DNA of 64,000 nucleotides from a virus (Duplodnaviria; Heunggongvirae; Uroviricota; Caudoviricetes): IMG/VR virus record IMGVR_UViG_2609460332_000008; one strand, 5' to 3'. Shown piece by piece: positions 38,552 to 52,526 of this stretch (position 1 is its first letter; each line of letters starts with the position of its first letter). The notes under the pieces were generated by a model. It saw only the letters and a program-made list of their open reading frames with translations, ran no database searches and was not told where the DNA came from. The position numbers and the translations under genes were made by a program.

Positions 38552-38688
38552 TGTTTGAGTCTTATATGGCAGAACGTCTTCGCCGCCGCTGGGTGCGCCT
38601 GCGCTTATATCGTTTTCCTAGTTCTGTTTTGACCGATTACCGGATACTGAAGAATTACGCCAAAACACTGAAAGGAGCTGCCGCATGA
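38548..38688 (+). CDS. YlcG-like small protein (46 aa)
   Basis: [46 protein letters not shown]; overlapping start/stop with rusA and the Q-like gene. Confidence 0.5.
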   Translation: MMFESYMAERLRRRWVRLRLYRFPSSVLTDYRILKNYAKTLKGAAA

Positions 38689-39374
38689 ATACCCAATATT
38701 TACAGTATGTCCGCGAGCAACTCATTGTGGCTACCGCTGATTTGAGCGGAGCAACGAAAGGACAGCTTGAAGCCTGGCTGGAGCATGCACAATTTGATAC
38801 TGGTACATACAAACGAAAGAAGCCGCGCATTCTGGATGAGGTAACTGGCAGGATGATTACGCTGGATAATCCGCCGATTTCCGGTAAGCAGTTGTACGCA
38901 AAAGGTTCATCCATTGCACTGGTCAGCCAGGTTGAGTTCTCAACCTCGTCATGGCGCCGCGCGGTTCTGTCTCTCGAAGAACATCAGAAAGCGTGGTTGC
39001 TGTGGAGTTACAGCGAAAGTGTTCGCTGGGAACATCAGGTCACCATAACGCAGTGGGCATGGAGCGAGTTTAAGACTCTGTTGGGTACCAGGAAAATTGC
39101 AGGTAAAACACTGGAACGTTTGAAGAAGTTGATCTGGCTGGCGGCACAGGATGTGAAGAACGAGCTGGCAGGGCGTAAGACCTATGAATACCAGGAGCTG
39201 GCATCACTGGTGGGAGTGACATCAAAAAACTGGTCTGAGACATTTACTGAACGCTGGGTTGCAATGAAGCACATTTTTCTACAGCTTGATAGCCAAGCTT
39301 TATTGCTTTTAACGAAAACACGTTCAAAACAAAAGACCATATTTTCACAGCAAGATATTGCAAAACTGGATTAA
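38685..39374 (+). CDS. Putative late-gene antiterminator (Q-like)
   Basis: 229-aa ORF in the Q position (after rusA/ylcG, before tandem terminators and lysis genes); not lambda Q itself. Confidence 0.55.
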   Translation: MNTQYLQYVREQLIVATADLSGATKGQLEAWLEHAQFDTGTYKRKKPRILDEVTGRMITLDNPPISGKQLYAKGSSIALVSQVEFSTSSWRRAVLSLEEHQKAWLLWSYSESVRWEHQVTITQWAWSEFKTLLGTRKIAGKTLERLKKLIWLAAQDVKNELAGRKTYEYQELASLVGVTSKNWSETFTERWVAMKHIFLQLDSQALLLLTKTRSKQKTIFSQQDIAKLD

Positions 39375-39442
39375 AAATCATATATTTTATGTAAATCTGA
39401 TATTTTGCCAATGTTGTACGCACTGGCAGTAATCCAAATTCA

Positions 39443-39476
39443 AGCCCGAGGTTTAAAGCCTTGGGCTTTTCTGTTT
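39443..39476 (+). terminator. Rho-independent terminator candidate downstream of the Q-like gene (first of two)
   Basis: Hairpin agcccgagg-tttaa-agccttgggct followed by ttttctgtttct. Confidence 0.5.
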
Positions 39477-39555
39477 CTGAACGGTGAGTAGCCTTCCAAC
39501 CTACCCCAGCCAGGGTGTCTTCAGCTGTTGAGTTGATATTGCTTAACCCTCTGTT

Positions 39556-39580
39556 GCCAGCTACATGCTGGCTTTTTTAT
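39556..39580 (+). terminator. Rho-independent terminator (tR'-like) upstream of lysis genes
   Basis: Hairpin gccagc-tacat-gctggc followed by tttttt. Confidence 0.65.
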
Positions 39581-39683
39581 TCCAGGCTTGCGGGGAGCAT
39601 CAACTCCGTGCTTTGTCGTTAAATTACCCCGTGAGCCTGATTTCTGACATTTAACGTCCCGGCCTTTTGTCGGCGGCGAAACA

Positions 39684-40001
39684 TTGGCTATTCATATGCA
39701 CGAAAAAGAGAGCCTTGCCGGAGCGTTCTGGCTCGTTTTGCTGATCATCGCAGGTTGGGGCGGTCTGGTCCGCTACCTGATAGATGTGAAGCAGAGTAAA
39801 GCAACGTGGAGTTGGATAAATGCTCTGGCTCAAATAGTGGTATCAGGATTCACCGGTGTTATTGGTGGCCTGATCAGCATCGAAAGTGGATTCAGTATTT
39901 ACATGATTCTCGCGACAGCGGGGATTAGTGGTGCGATGGGTTCGGTTGCACTGACGTACTTCTGGGAACGACTGACAGGGGTGAAAAATGCAAAATCTTA
40001 A
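39684..40001 (+). CDS. Putative class I holin (three transmembrane segments), non-lambda type
   Basis: Three hydrophobic segments; two closely spaced Met codons at the N-terminus (MAIHMHEK); immediately upstream of endolysin R. Confidence 0.6.
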   Translation: MAIHMHEKESLAGAFWLVLLIIAGWGGLVRYLIDVKQSKATWSWINALAQIVVSGFTGVIGGLISIESGFSIYMILATAGISGAMGSVALTYFWERLTGVKNAKS

Positions 40002-40464
40002 TCCTCAGCGTAAAGCCTTCCTCGATATGTTGGCGTGGTCAGAAGGAACGGATAACGGGCGACAACCGACACGTAACCACGGTTATGATGTTATTGTTGG
40101 CGGCGAACTGTTTACTGATTACTCCGATCACCCTCGCAAACTTGTCACGCTACACCCCAAACTCAAATCAACAGCCGCCGGACGTTATCAGCTTCTTTCA
40201 CGCTGGTGGGATGCTTACCGTAAACAGCTTGGTTTGAAAGACTTCTCCCCCAAAAGCCAGGACGCAGTGGCATTACAGCAGATTAAAGAGCGTGGTGCTT
40301 TACCGATGATTGATCGCGGTGATATCCGTCAGGCAATCGACCGTTGCAGCAATATCTGGGCTTCACTGCCGGGCGCTGGTTATGGTCAGTTCGAGCATAA
40401 GGCTGACAGCCTGATTGCAAAATTCAAAGAAGCTGGCGGAACGCTCAGAGAGAGTGAGGTATGA
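39988..40464 (+). CDS. R: Endolysin R (lytic transglycosylase)
   Basis: 158 aa ...[47 protein letters not shown]... closely matches remembered lambda R. Confidence 0.9.
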   Translation: MQNLNPQRKAFLDMLAWSEGTDNGRQPTRNHGYDVIVGGELFTDYSDHPRKLVTLHPKLKSTAAGRYQLLSRWWDAYRKQLGLKDFSPKSQDAVALQQIKERGALPMIDRGDIRQAIDRCSNIWASLPGAGYGQFEHKADSLIAKFKEAGGTLRESEV

Positions 40465-40922
40465 GCAGAATAACCGCGATTATCTCCGCTCTGGTTATCT
40501 GCGTCATCGTCTGCCTTTCATGGGCGGTTAATCATTACCGCGATAACGCGATTACCTACAAAGCCCAGCGCGACAAAAATGCCAGAGAACTGACGCTGGC
40601 GAACGCGGCAATTACTGACATACAGATGCGTCAGCGTGATGTTGCTGCGCTCGATGCAAAATACACGAAGGAGTTAGCTGATGCGAAAGCTGAAAATGAT
40701 GCTCTGCGTGATGATGTTGCCGCTGGTCGTCGTCGGTTGCACATCAAAGCAGTCTGTCAGTCAGTGCGTGAAGCCACCACCGCCTCCGGCGTGGATAATG
40801 CAGCCTCCCCCCGACTGGCAGACACCGCTGAACGGGATTATTTCACCCTCAGAGAGAGGCTGATCACTATGCAAAAACAACTGGAAGGAACCCAGAAGTA
40901 TATTAATGAGCAGTGCAGATAG
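40461..40922 (+). CDS. Rz: Inner-membrane spanin Rz
   Basis: 153 aa with N-terminal transmembrane segment and coiled-coil; matches remembered lambda Rz. Confidence 0.85.
   Translation: MSRITAIISALVICVIVCLSWAVNHYRDNAITYKAQRDKNARELTLANAAITDIQMRQRDVAALDAKYTKELADAKAENDALRDDVAAGRRRLHIKAVCQSVREATTASGVDNAASPRLADTAERDYFTLRERLITMQKQLEGTQKYINEQCR
40681..40863 (+). CDS. Rz1: Outer-membrane lipoprotein spanin Rz1 (embedded in Rz, +1 frame)
   Basis: 60 aa [24 protein letters not shown]... with lipobox VVGC and proline-rich segment; matches remembered lambda Rz1. Confidence 0.85.
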   Translation: MRKLKMMLCVMMLPLVVVGCTSKQSVSQCVKPPPPPAWIMQPPPDWQTPLNGIISPSERG

Positions 40923-40953
40923 AGCTGCCCATATCGATGGGCAACTCATGCAA

Positions 40954-41247
40954 TTATTGTGAGCAATACACACGCGCTTCCAGCGGAGTATAAATGCCTA
41001 AAGTAATAAAACCGAGCAATCCATTTACGAATGTTTGCTGGGTTTCTGTTTTAACAACATTTTCTGCACCACCACAAATTTTTGCTGCATCGACAGTTTT
41101 CTTCTGCCCAATTCCCGAAACGAAGAAATGATGGGTGATGGTTTCCTTTGGTGTTACTGCTGTAGGTTTGTTTCCAACAGTAAACGTCTGTTGAGCACAT
41201 CCTGTAATAAGCATTGCCAGAGCGGCAGAAAACAACATTTTTTTCAT
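40954..41247 (-). CDS. bor: Bor outer-membrane lipoprotein (serum-resistance lysogenic conversion protein)
   Basis: MKKMLFSAALAMLITGCAQQTFTV...LEARVYCSQ closely matches remembered lambda Bor; start placed at the internal MKKM Met. Confidence 0.85.
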   Translation of the reverse strand: MKKMLFSAALAMLITGCAQQTFTVGNKPTAVTPKETITHHFFVSGIGQKKTVDAAKICGGAENVVKTETQQTFVNGLLGFITLGIYTPLEARVYCSQ

Positions 41248-41727
41248 CTTATTATCCTGCATTGTTAAAAACGGCAGAATCCTATGTGACAACAATTAAA
41301 CGATAGTTAAATGGATTGATGAAAATTAAAACTACACAGGTGGGCTCAGACTATTGGAGGAAGTTGGGGACACTCAGAATCCTGTGGAATGAAATAAACC
41401 GGTCTATCCGTCCATTACCCTTTTAGCTGCGCTGTATCGTCGCCGTATTCCCGCATTAACCATGACCGTAGCCCGACGGGGAATTCCTTCTGCGTGAGTG
41501 TGCGGGAATAATTAAAAACGATGCACACCGGGTTTTTACCGCGTTAATGATTCGCGGGTTTATCCCGGTGCGATGGTGGAAGAAACAGGAAGCTGTATTA
41601 CAGAAAGTGCTACTACTGTATCCCGATGCGATGTATGTAATGTGAGTCAGATAATGGCACAGGATGTGGTGATGTGGCAGTCTGGAACACAGGATATATT
41701 GTCAGAATAAGACCCGTAGGAATAAAA

Positions 41728-42054
41728 ATGAAAAGACGCCTTTTACTACTTTTTCTGTTATCTGTCCTGGCAGTGGGATGCTCGCAGCAAAAAGCTGATG
41801 AGCCCCGGCAATTAGTGACGGTGTATCCACGATATCCGGAATATGCTGCAGCAAATTATATCAAGGGGCTGGTTGAGGTTAAGTTCGATATTGGTGCTGA
41901 TGGGACTGTGACACGGATCGTTTTTCTCCGCTCAGAGCCTCATAATTTGTTTCGTGATGAAGTGGTGAAGGCCATGGCGAAATGGCGATTTGAAAAGAAT
42001 CGCCCCTGTCAGGGAGTGAAGAGACAATTTATCTTTACGCCGTCACGTCCTTGA
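41728..42054 (+). CDS. Lipoprotein with TonB C-terminal-like domain
   Basis: Signal peptide with lipobox LAVGC; motif VYPRYPEYAAANYIKGLVEVKFDIGADGTVTRIVFLRSEP...WRF typical of the TonB C-terminal domain. Confidence 0.55.
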   Translation: MKRRLLLLFLLSVLAVGCSQQKADEPRQLVTVYPRYPEYAAANYIKGLVEVKFDIGADGTVTRIVFLRSEPHNLFRDEVVKAMAKWRFEKNRPCQGVKRQFIFTPSRP

Positions 42055-42176
42055 TGCTTCCAGGTAGAGAGGGGCTGGAAGCAGGAGAAAAATGAAAGAG
42101 CCAGCGGTTATATTTTTGTCATGGCTGACGAGGAATGATGGAAGAAGGCGTTGTATGCCACACAACGCCTCACTGT

Positions 42177-42356
42177 TCATTTCTTCTTTTTCTCTGGTGG
42201 AACCCGATGAATAAGAGTTGCACTGGTTTCCGATGAGATGGCGATATACTCGGGCAAAGTATGCTGGCAGTTTTCCAACTGGTCAAAAATACCTGCTCTC
42301 GTCTGTTGCAATGCCTGCAGCATGCGGCGGCAATGCGCCTTGCTTTTACTAACCAT
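42177..42356 (-). CDS. Small hypothetical protein (about 59 aa)
   Basis: ORF upstream of cos; start placed at internal Met MVSKSKAHC; weak call. Confidence 0.3.
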   Translation of the reverse strand: MVSKSKAHCRRMLQALQQTRAGIFDQLENCQHTLPEYIAISSETSATLIHRVPPEKKKK

Positions 42357-42417
42357 CTTTCCTTCCTCTATCAGTCGCTGCGTGAACTCATCATGGAATA
42401 CCAGGTAAATGCGGATG

Positions 42418-42669
42418 TTATCGGTTTTGGCTACGCAGCATAGTACAAAACGGACAGGTGCATCCCGGGACGGGGGAGGCGTCACATGTCCCTGTGATGG
42501 TTGTTCCGGGTAATGTACTGTGTGGGGCATAAAAATGTCCGATAATTTTACTTTCTACCGCAGTTAGTTGATTCGTTGGTCCTGGTAGCACATTGGGCGA
42601 GGATTTAAATGCCAGGCAACTGAAGGATGATGTCGCAAGGGAGATAGCGAGAATATTTCTGATTTTCAT
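42418..42669 (-). CDS. Small secreted cysteine-rich protein (about 83 aa)
   Basis: Signal peptide MKIRNILAISLATSSFSCLA; C-terminal GTCDASPVPGCTCPFC cysteine cluster. Confidence 0.4.
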   Translation of the reverse strand: MKIRNILAISLATSSFSCLAFKSSPNVLPGPTNQLTAVESKIIGHFYAPHSTLPGTTITGTCDASPVPGCTCPFCTMLRSQNR

Positions 42670-42817
42670 TTGATGATGCCTCTGTGTGAAATGACGGTAA
42701 ACGACGCACTTGTGCCGGCACATAATAGCAAGCACCATAATAGATCAGATTCGATTCTTGCTGTAAGTGATAATTATTCTCGTTTTCGGGTCCTTTCCGT
42801 CGATCCAACAGGTTACG

Positions 42818-42829
42818 GGGCGGCGACCT
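42818..42829 (+). other. Lambda-type cos site (cosN 12-nt cohesive end GGGCGGCGACCT) with cosB following
   Basis: Exact GGGCGGCGACCTCGCGGGTTTTCGCTATTTATGAAAATTTTCCGG about 190 bp upstream of nu1. Confidence 0.9.
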
Positions 42830-43006
42830 CGCGGGTTTTCGCTATTTATGAAAATTTTCCGGTTTAAGGCGTTTCCGTTCTTCTTCGCCGTAACTTAATG
42901 TTTTTATTTAAAACACTCCCTGAAAAGAAAGGAAACGACAGGTGCTGAAAACGGGCTTTTTGGCCTCTGTCGTTTCCTTTCTCTGTTTTTGTCCGTGGAA
43001 TGAACA

Positions 43007-43526
43007 ATGGAAGTCAACAAAAAGCAGCTGGCTGACATTTTCGGCGCGAGTATCCGTACTATTCAGAACTGGCAGGAGCAGGGAATGCCCGTTCTGCGAG
43101 GCGGTGGGAAGGGTAATGAGGTGCTTTATGACTCTGCCGACGTCATAAAATGGTATGCCGAAAGGGATGCTGAAATTGAGAACGAAAAGCTGCGCCGGGA
43201 GGTTGAAGAACTGCGACAGGCCAGCGAGACAGATCTCCAGCCAGGGACTATTGAGTACGAACGCCATCGACTTACGCGTGCGCAGGCCGACGCACAGGAG
43301 CTGAAAAATGCCAGAGACTCCGCTGAAGTGGTGGAAACCGCATTCTGTACTTTCGTGCTGTCGCGGATCGCAGGTGAAATTGCCAGTATTCTCGACGGGA
43401 TCCCCCTGTCGGTGCAGCGGCGTTTTCCGGAACTGGAAAACCGACATGTTGATTTCCTGAAACGGGATATCATCAAAGCCATGAACAAAGCAGCCGCGCT
43501 GGATGAACTGATACCGGGGTTGCTGA

Positions 43527-43552
<26 letters not shown>
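43007..43552 (+). CDS. nu1: Terminase small subunit Nu1
   Basis: 181 aa MEVNKKQLADIFGASIRTIQNWQEQGMPVLRGGGKGNEVLYDS... closely matches remembered lambda Nu1. Confidence 0.95.
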
Positions 43553-47233
<3,681 letters not shown>

Positions 47234-47253
<20 letters not shown>

Positions 47254-48553
47254 TCTCCCGCATATTGCCAGTATGGCCTTTAATGAGCCGCTGATGCTTG
47301 AACCCGCCTATGCGCGGGTTTTCTTTTGTGCGCTTGCAGGCCAGCTTGGGATCAGCCGCCTGACGGATGCGGTATCCGGCGACAGCCTGACTGCCGGAGA
47401 GGCACCCGCGGCGCTGGCGTTATCCGTTGATGATGACGGACCACGACAGGCCCGCAGTTATCAGGTCATGAACGGCATCGCCGTGCTGCCGGTGTCCGGC
47501 ACGCTGGTCAGTCGGACGCGAGCGCTGCAGCCGTATTCGGGGATGACCGGTTACAACGGCATTATCGCCCGTCTGCAACAGGCTGCCAGCGACCCGATGG
47601 TGGACGGCATTCTGCTCGATATGGATACGCCAGGCGGGATGGTGGCAGGGGCATTTGACTGCGCTGACATCATCGCCCGTGTGCGTGACATAAAGCCGGT
47701 ATGGGCGCTGGCCAACGACATGAACTGCAGTGCAGGTCAGTTGCTTGCCAGCGCCGCCTCCCGACGTCTGGTCACGCAGACCGCCCGGACAGGCTCCATC
47801 GGCGTCATGATGGCTCACAGTAATTACGGTGCTGCGCTGGAGAAACAGGGCGTGGAAATCACGCTGATTTACAGCGGCAGCCATAAGGTGGATGGCAACC
47901 CCTACAGCCATCTACCGGATGATGTCCGGGAAACACTGCAGTCCCGGATGGATGCAACCCGCCGGATGTTTGCACAGAAGGTGTCGGCATATACCGGCCT
48001 GTCCGTGCAGGCTGTGCTGGATACCGAGGCTGCAGTGTACAGCGGTCAGGAGGCCATTGATGCCGGACTGGCTGATGAACTTGTTAACAGTACCGATGCG
48101 ATCACCGTCATGCGTGATGCACTGGATGCACGTAAATCCCGTCTCTCAGGAGGGCGAATGACCAAAGAGACTCAATCAACAACTGTTTCAGCCACTGCTT
48201 CGCAGGCTGACGTTACTGGCGTGGTGCCAGCGACGGAGGGCGAGAACGCCAGCGCTGCGCAGCCGGACGTGAACGCGCAGATCACCGCAGCGGTTGCGGC
48301 AGAAAACAGTCGCATTATGGGGATCCTCAACTGTGAGGAAGCTCACGGACGCGAAGAACAGGCACGCGTGCTGGCCGAAACCCCTGGTATGACCGTGGAA
48401 ACGGCCCGCCGCATTCTGGCAGTTGCACCACAGAGTGCACAGGCGCGCAGTGACACTGCGCTGGATCGTCTGATGCAGGGGGCACCGGCACCGCTGGCTG
48501 CAGGTAACCTGGCATCTGATGCCGTTAACGATTTGCTGAACACACCAGTGTAA
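47234..48553 (+). CDS. C: Head maturation protease C (GTG start)
   Basis: 439 aa from GTG 47234 (VTAELRNLPHIASMAFNEPLMLEP...); the listed ORF start 47099 is an upstream in-frame extension. Confidence 0.9.
47948..48553 (+). CDS. nu3: Scaffolding protein Nu3 (in-frame internal start within C)
   Basis: ATG 47948 at the lambda-equivalent offset (714 nt into C), sharing the C-terminus of C. Confidence 0.75.
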   Translation: MDATRRMFAQKVSAYTGLSVQAVLDTEAAVYSGQEAIDAGLADELVNSTDAITVMRDALDARKSRLSGGRMTKETQSTTVSATASQADVTGVVPATEGENASAAQPDVNAQITAAVAAENSRIMGILNCEEAHGREEQARVLAETPGMTVETARRILAVAPQSAQARSDTALDRLMQGAPAPLAAGNLASDAVNDLLNTPV

Positions 48554-48562
48554 GGGATGTTT

Positions 48563-48895
48563 ATGACGAGCAAAGAAACCTTTACCCATTACCAGCCGCT
48601 GGGCAACAGTGACCCGGCTCATACCGCAACCGCGCCCGGCGGATTGAGTGCGAAAGCGCCTGCAATGACCCCGCTGATGCTGGACACCTCCAGCCGTAAG
48701 CTGGTTGCGTGGGATGGCACCACCGACGGTGCTGCCGTTGGCATTCTTGCGGTTGCTGCTGACCAGACCAGCACCACGCTGACGTTCTACAAGTCCGGCA
48801 CGTTCCGTTATGAGGATGTGCTCTGGCCGGAGGCTGCCAGCGACGAGACGAAAAAACGGACCGCGTTTGCCGGAACGGCAATCAGCATCGTTTAA
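48563..48895 (+). CDS. D: Head decoration protein D
   Basis: 110 aa [52 protein letters not shown]... Confidence 0.95.
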   Translation: MTSKETFTHYQPLGNSDPAHTATAPGGLSAKAPAMTPLMLDTSSRKLVAWDGTTDGAAVGILAVAADQTSTTLTFYKSGTFRYEDVLWPEAASDETKKRTAFAGTAISIV

Positions 48896-48950
48896 CTTTA
48901 CCCTTCATCACTAAAGGCCGCCTGTGCGGCTTTTTTTACGGGATTTTTTT

Positions 48951-49976
48951 ATGTCGATGTACACAACCGCCCAGCTGCTGGCGGCAAATGAGCAGAAATT
49001 TAAGTTTGATCCGCTGTTTCTGCGTCTCTTTTTCCGTGAGAGCTATCCCTTCACCACGGAGAAAGTCTATCTCTCACAAATTCCGGGACTGGTAAACATG
49101 GCGCTGTACGTTTCGCCGATTGTTTCCGGTGAGGTTATCCGTTCCCGTGGCGGCTCCACCTCTGAATTTACGCCGGGATATGTCAAGCCGAAGCATGAAG
49201 TGAATCCGCAGATGACCCTGCGTCGCCTGCCGGATGAAGATCCGCAGAATCTGGTGGACCCGGCTTACCGCCGCCGTCGCATCATCATGCAGAACATGCG
49301 TGACGAAGAGCTGGCCATTGCTCAGGTCGAAGAGATGCAGGCAGTTTCTGCCGTGCTTAAGGGCAAATACACCATGACCGGTGAAGCCTTCGATCCGGTT
49401 GAGGTGGATATGGGCCGCAGTGAGGAGAATAACATCACGCAGTCCGGCGGCACGGAGTGGAGCAAGCGTGACAAGTCCACGTATGACCCGACCGACGATA
49501 TCGAAGCCTACGCGCTGAACGCCAGCGGTGTGGTGAATATCATCGTGTTCGATCCGAAAGGCTGGGCGCTGTTCCGTTCCTTCAAAGCCGTCAAGGAGAA
49601 GCTGGATACCCGTCGTGGTTCTAATTCCGAGCTGGAGACAGCGGTGAAAGACCTGGGTAAAGCGGTGTCCTATAAGGGGATGTATGGCGATGTGGCCATC
49701 GTCGTGTATTCCGGACAGTACGTGGAAAACGGCGTCAAAAAGAACTTCCTGCCGGACAACACGATGGTGCTGGGGAACACTCAGGCACGCGGTCTGCGCA
49801 CCTATGGCTGCATTCAGGATGCGGACGCACAGCTCGAAGGCATTAACGCCTCTGCCCGTTACCCGAAAAACTGGGTGACCACCGGCGATCCGGCGCGTGA
49901 GTTCACCATGATTCAGTCAGCACCGCTGATGCTGCTGGCTGACCCTGATGAGTTCGTGTCCGTACAACTGGCGTAA
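48951..49976 (+). CDS. E: Major capsid protein E
   Basis: 341 aa MSMYTTAQLLAANEQKFKFDPLFLRLFFRESYPFTTEKVYLSQIPGLV... Confidence 0.95.
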   Translation: MSMYTTAQLLAANEQKFKFDPLFLRLFFRESYPFTTEKVYLSQIPGLVNMALYVSPIVSGEVIRSRGGSTSEFTPGYVKPKHEVNPQMTLRRLPDEDPQNLVDPAYRRRRIIMQNMRDEELAIAQVEEMQAVSAVLKGKYTMTGEAFDPVEVDMGRSEENNITQSGGTEWSKRDKSTYDPTDDIEAYALNASGVVNIIVFDPKGWALFRSFKAVKEKLDTRRGSNSELETAVKDLGKAVSYKGMYGDVAIVVYSGQYVENGVKKNFLPDNTMVLGNTQARGLRTYGCIQDADAQLEGINASARYPKNWVTTGDPAREFTMIQSAPLMLLADPDEFVSVQLA

Positions 49977-50017
49977 TCATGGCCCTTCGGGGCCATTGTT
50001 TCTCTGTGGAGGAGTCC

Positions 50018-50416
50018 ATGACGAAAGATGAACTGATTGCCCGTCTCCGCTCGCTGGGTGAACAACTGAACCGTGATGTCAGCCTGACGGGGACGAAAGA
50101 AGAACTGGCGCTCCGTGTGGCAGAGCTGGAAGAGGAGCTTGATGACACGGATGAAACTGCCGGTCAGGACACCCCTCTCAGCCGGGAAAATGTGCTGACC
50201 GGACATGAAAATGAGGTGGGATCAGCGCAGCCGGATACCGTGATTCTGGATACGTCTGAACTGGTCACGGTCGTGGCACTGGTGACGCTGCATACTGATG
50301 CACTTCACGCCACGCGGGATGAACCTGTGGCATTTGTGCTTCCGGGAACGGCGTTCCGTGTCTCTGCCGGTGTGGCAGCCGAAATGACAGAACGTGGCCT
50401 GGCCAGAATGCAATAA
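50018..50416 (+). CDS. FI: DNA packaging protein FI
   Basis: 132 aa MTKDELIARLRSLGEQLNRDVSLTGTKEELALRVAELEEELDD... Confidence 0.9.
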   Translation: MTKDELIARLRSLGEQLNRDVSLTGTKEELALRVAELEEELDDTDETAGQDTPLSRENVLTGHENEVGSAQPDTVILDTSELVTVVALVTLHTDALHATRDEPVAFVLPGTAFRVSAGVAAEMTERGLARMQ

Positions 50417-50427
50417 CGGGAGGCGCT

Positions 50428-50781
50428 GTGGCTGATTTCGATAACCTGTTCGATGCTGCCATTGTCCGCGCCGATGAAACGATACGCGGGTACATGGGAA
50501 CGTCAGCCACCATGACATCCGGTGAGCAGTCCGGCGCAGTAATACGTGGTGTTTTTGATGACCCTGAAAATATCAGCTATGCCGGACAGGGCGTGCGCGT
50601 TGAAGGCTCCAGCCCGTCCCTGTTTGTCCGGACTGATGATGTGCGGCAGCTGCGGCGCGGCGACACGCTGACCATCGGTGAGGAAAACTTCTGGATAGAC
50701 CGGATTTCGACGGATGATGGCGGAAGCTGTCATCTCTGGCTTGGGCGTGGCGTGCCGCCTGCCGTTAACCGTCGTCGCTGA
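50428..50781 (+). CDS. FII: Head-tail joining protein FII
   Basis: 117 aa MADFDNLFDAAIVRADETIRGYMGTSATMTSGEQSGAVIRGVFDDPENISYAGQG... Confidence 0.95.
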   Translation: MADFDNLFDAAIVRADETIRGYMGTSATMTSGEQSGAVIRGVFDDPENISYAGQGVRVEGSSPSLFVRTDDVRQLRRGDTLTIGEENFWIDRISTDDGGSCHLWLGRGVPPAVNRRR

Positions 50782-50792
50782 AGGGGGGATGT

Positions 50793-51371
50793 ATGGCCAT
50801 AAAAGGTCTTGAGCAGGCCGTTGAAAACCTCAGCCGTATCAGCAGAACGGCGGTGCCCGGTGCCGCCGCAATGGCCATTAACCGCGTTGCTTCATCCGCG
50901 ATATCGCAGTCGGCGTCACAGGTTGCCCGTGAGACAAAGGTACGCCGGAAACTGGTAAAGGAAAGGGCCAGGCTGAAAAGGGCCACGGTCAAAAATCCGC
51001 AGGCCAGAATCAAGGTTAACCGGGGGGATTTGCCCGTAATCAGGCTGGGTAACGCGCGGGTTGTCCTGTCCCGACGCAGGCGTCGTAAAAAGGGGCAGCG
51101 TTCATCCCTGAAAGGTGGCGACAGCGTGCTTGTGGTGGGAAACCGTCGTATTCCCGGCGCGTTTATTCAGCAACTGAAAAATGGCCGATGGCATGTCATG
51201 CAGCGTGTGGCCGGGAAAAACCGTTACCCCATTGATGTGGTGAAAATCCCGATGGCAGTGCCGCTGACCACGGCGTTTAAACAGAATATTGAGCGGATAC
51301 GGCGTGAACGTCTTCCGAAAGAGCTGGGCTATGCGCTGCAGCATCAACTGAGGATGGTAATAAAGCGATGA
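50793..51371 (+). CDS. Z: Tail assembly protein Z
   Basis: 192 aa MAIKGLEQAVENLSRISRTAVPGAAAMAINRVASSAISQSASQVAR... Confidence 0.95.
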   Translation: MAIKGLEQAVENLSRISRTAVPGAAAMAINRVASSAISQSASQVARETKVRRKLVKERARLKRATVKNPQARIKVNRGDLPVIRLGNARVVLSRRRRRKKGQRSSLKGGDSVLVVGNRRIPGAFIQQLKNGRWHVMQRVAGKNRYPIDVVKIPMAVPLTTAFKQNIERIRRERLPKELGYALQHQLRMVIKR

Positions 51372-51763
51372 AACATACAGAACTCCGTGCAGCCGTACTG
51401 GATGCACTGGAAAAACATGACACCGGGGCGACGCTTTTTGATGGTCGCCCCGCTGTTTTTGATGAGGAGGATTTTCCGGCAGTTGCCGTTTATCTCACCG
51501 GCGCTGAATACACGGGCGAAGAGCTGGACAGCGATACCTGGCAGGCGGAGCTGCATATTGAAGTTTTCCTGCCTGCTCAGGTGCCGGATTCAGAGCTGGA
51601 TTCGTGGATGGAGTCCCGGATTTATCCGGTGATGAGCGATGTCCCGGCACTGTCAGATTTGATCACCAGTATGGTGGCCAGTGGCTATGACTACCGGCGC
51701 GACGATGATGCGGGCCTGTGGAGTTCAGCCGATCTGACTTATGTCATTACCTATGAAATGTGA
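51368..51763 (+). CDS. U: Tail terminator protein U
   Basis: 131 aa [54 protein letters not shown]... Confidence 0.95.
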   Translation: MKHTELRAAVLDALEKHDTGATLFDGRPAVFDEEDFPAVAVYLTGAEYTGEELDSDTWQAELHIEVFLPAQVPDSELDSWMESRIYPVMSDVPALSDLITSMVASGYDYRRDDDAGLWSSADLTYVITYEM

Positions 51764-51770
51764 GGACGAT

Positions 51771-52511
51771 ATGCCTGTACCAAATCCAGTAATGCCGGTG
51801 AAAGGGGCCGGGACCACCCTGTGGGTTTATAAGGGGAACGGTGACCCTTATGCGAACCCGCTTTCAGACGTTGACTGGTCGCGTCTGGCTAAAGTTAAAG
51901 ACCTGACGCCCGGCGAACTGAGCGCTGAGTCCTATGACGACAGCTATCTCGATGATGAAGATGCGGACTGGACTGCGACCGGGCAGGGGCAGAAATCTGC
52001 CGGAGATACCAGCTTCACGCTGGCGTGGATGCCCGGAGAGCAGGGGCAGCAGGCGCTGCTGGCGTGGTTTAATGAAGGGGATACCCGTGCCTATAAAATC
52101 CGCTTCCCGAACGGCACGGTCGATGTGTTCCGCGGCTGGGTCAGCAGTATCGGTAAGGCGGTGACGGCGAAGGAAGTGATCACCCGCACGGTGAAAGTCA
52201 CCAACGTGGGACGTCCGTCGATGGCAGAAGATCGCAGCACGGTGACGGCGACAACCGGCATGACGGTGACACCCGCCAGTGCTTCCGTAGTGAAAGGGCA
52301 GAGCACTACGCTGACCGTGGCATTCCAGCCGGAGGGCGCAACCGACAAGAGCTTCCGTGCGGTGTCTGCGGATAAAACAAAAGCCACCGTGTCGGTCAGC
52401 GGTATGACCATCACCGTGAACGGCGTTGCTGCAGGCAAGGTCAACATTCCGGTTGTATCCGGTAATGGTGAGTTTGCTGCGGTTGCAGAAATCACCGTCA
52501 CCGCCAGTTAA
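51771..52511 (+). CDS. V: Major tail protein V (with C-terminal Ig-like domain)
   Basis: 246 aa [50 protein letters not shown]... Confidence 0.95.
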   Translation: MPVPNPVMPVKGAGTTLWVYKGNGDPYANPLSDVDWSRLAKVKDLTPGELSAESYDDSYLDDEDADWTATGQGQKSAGDTSFTLAWMPGEQGQQALLAWFNEGDTRAYKIRFPNGTVDVFRGWVSSIGKAVTAKEVITRTVKVTNVGRPSMAEDRSTVTATTGMTVTPASASVVKGQSTTLTVAFQPEGATDKSFRAVSADKTKATVSVSGMTITVNGVAAGKVNIPVVSGNGEFAAVAEITVTAS

Positions 52512-52526
52512 TCCGGAGAGTCAGCG

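Noticed and set aside
39375-39683. Possible toxin or tRNA cargo between the Q-like gene and the lysis genes (the usual stx position)
   Set aside because: The interval is only about 310 bp and is filled by two terminator hairpins; there is no room for stx or a porin gene
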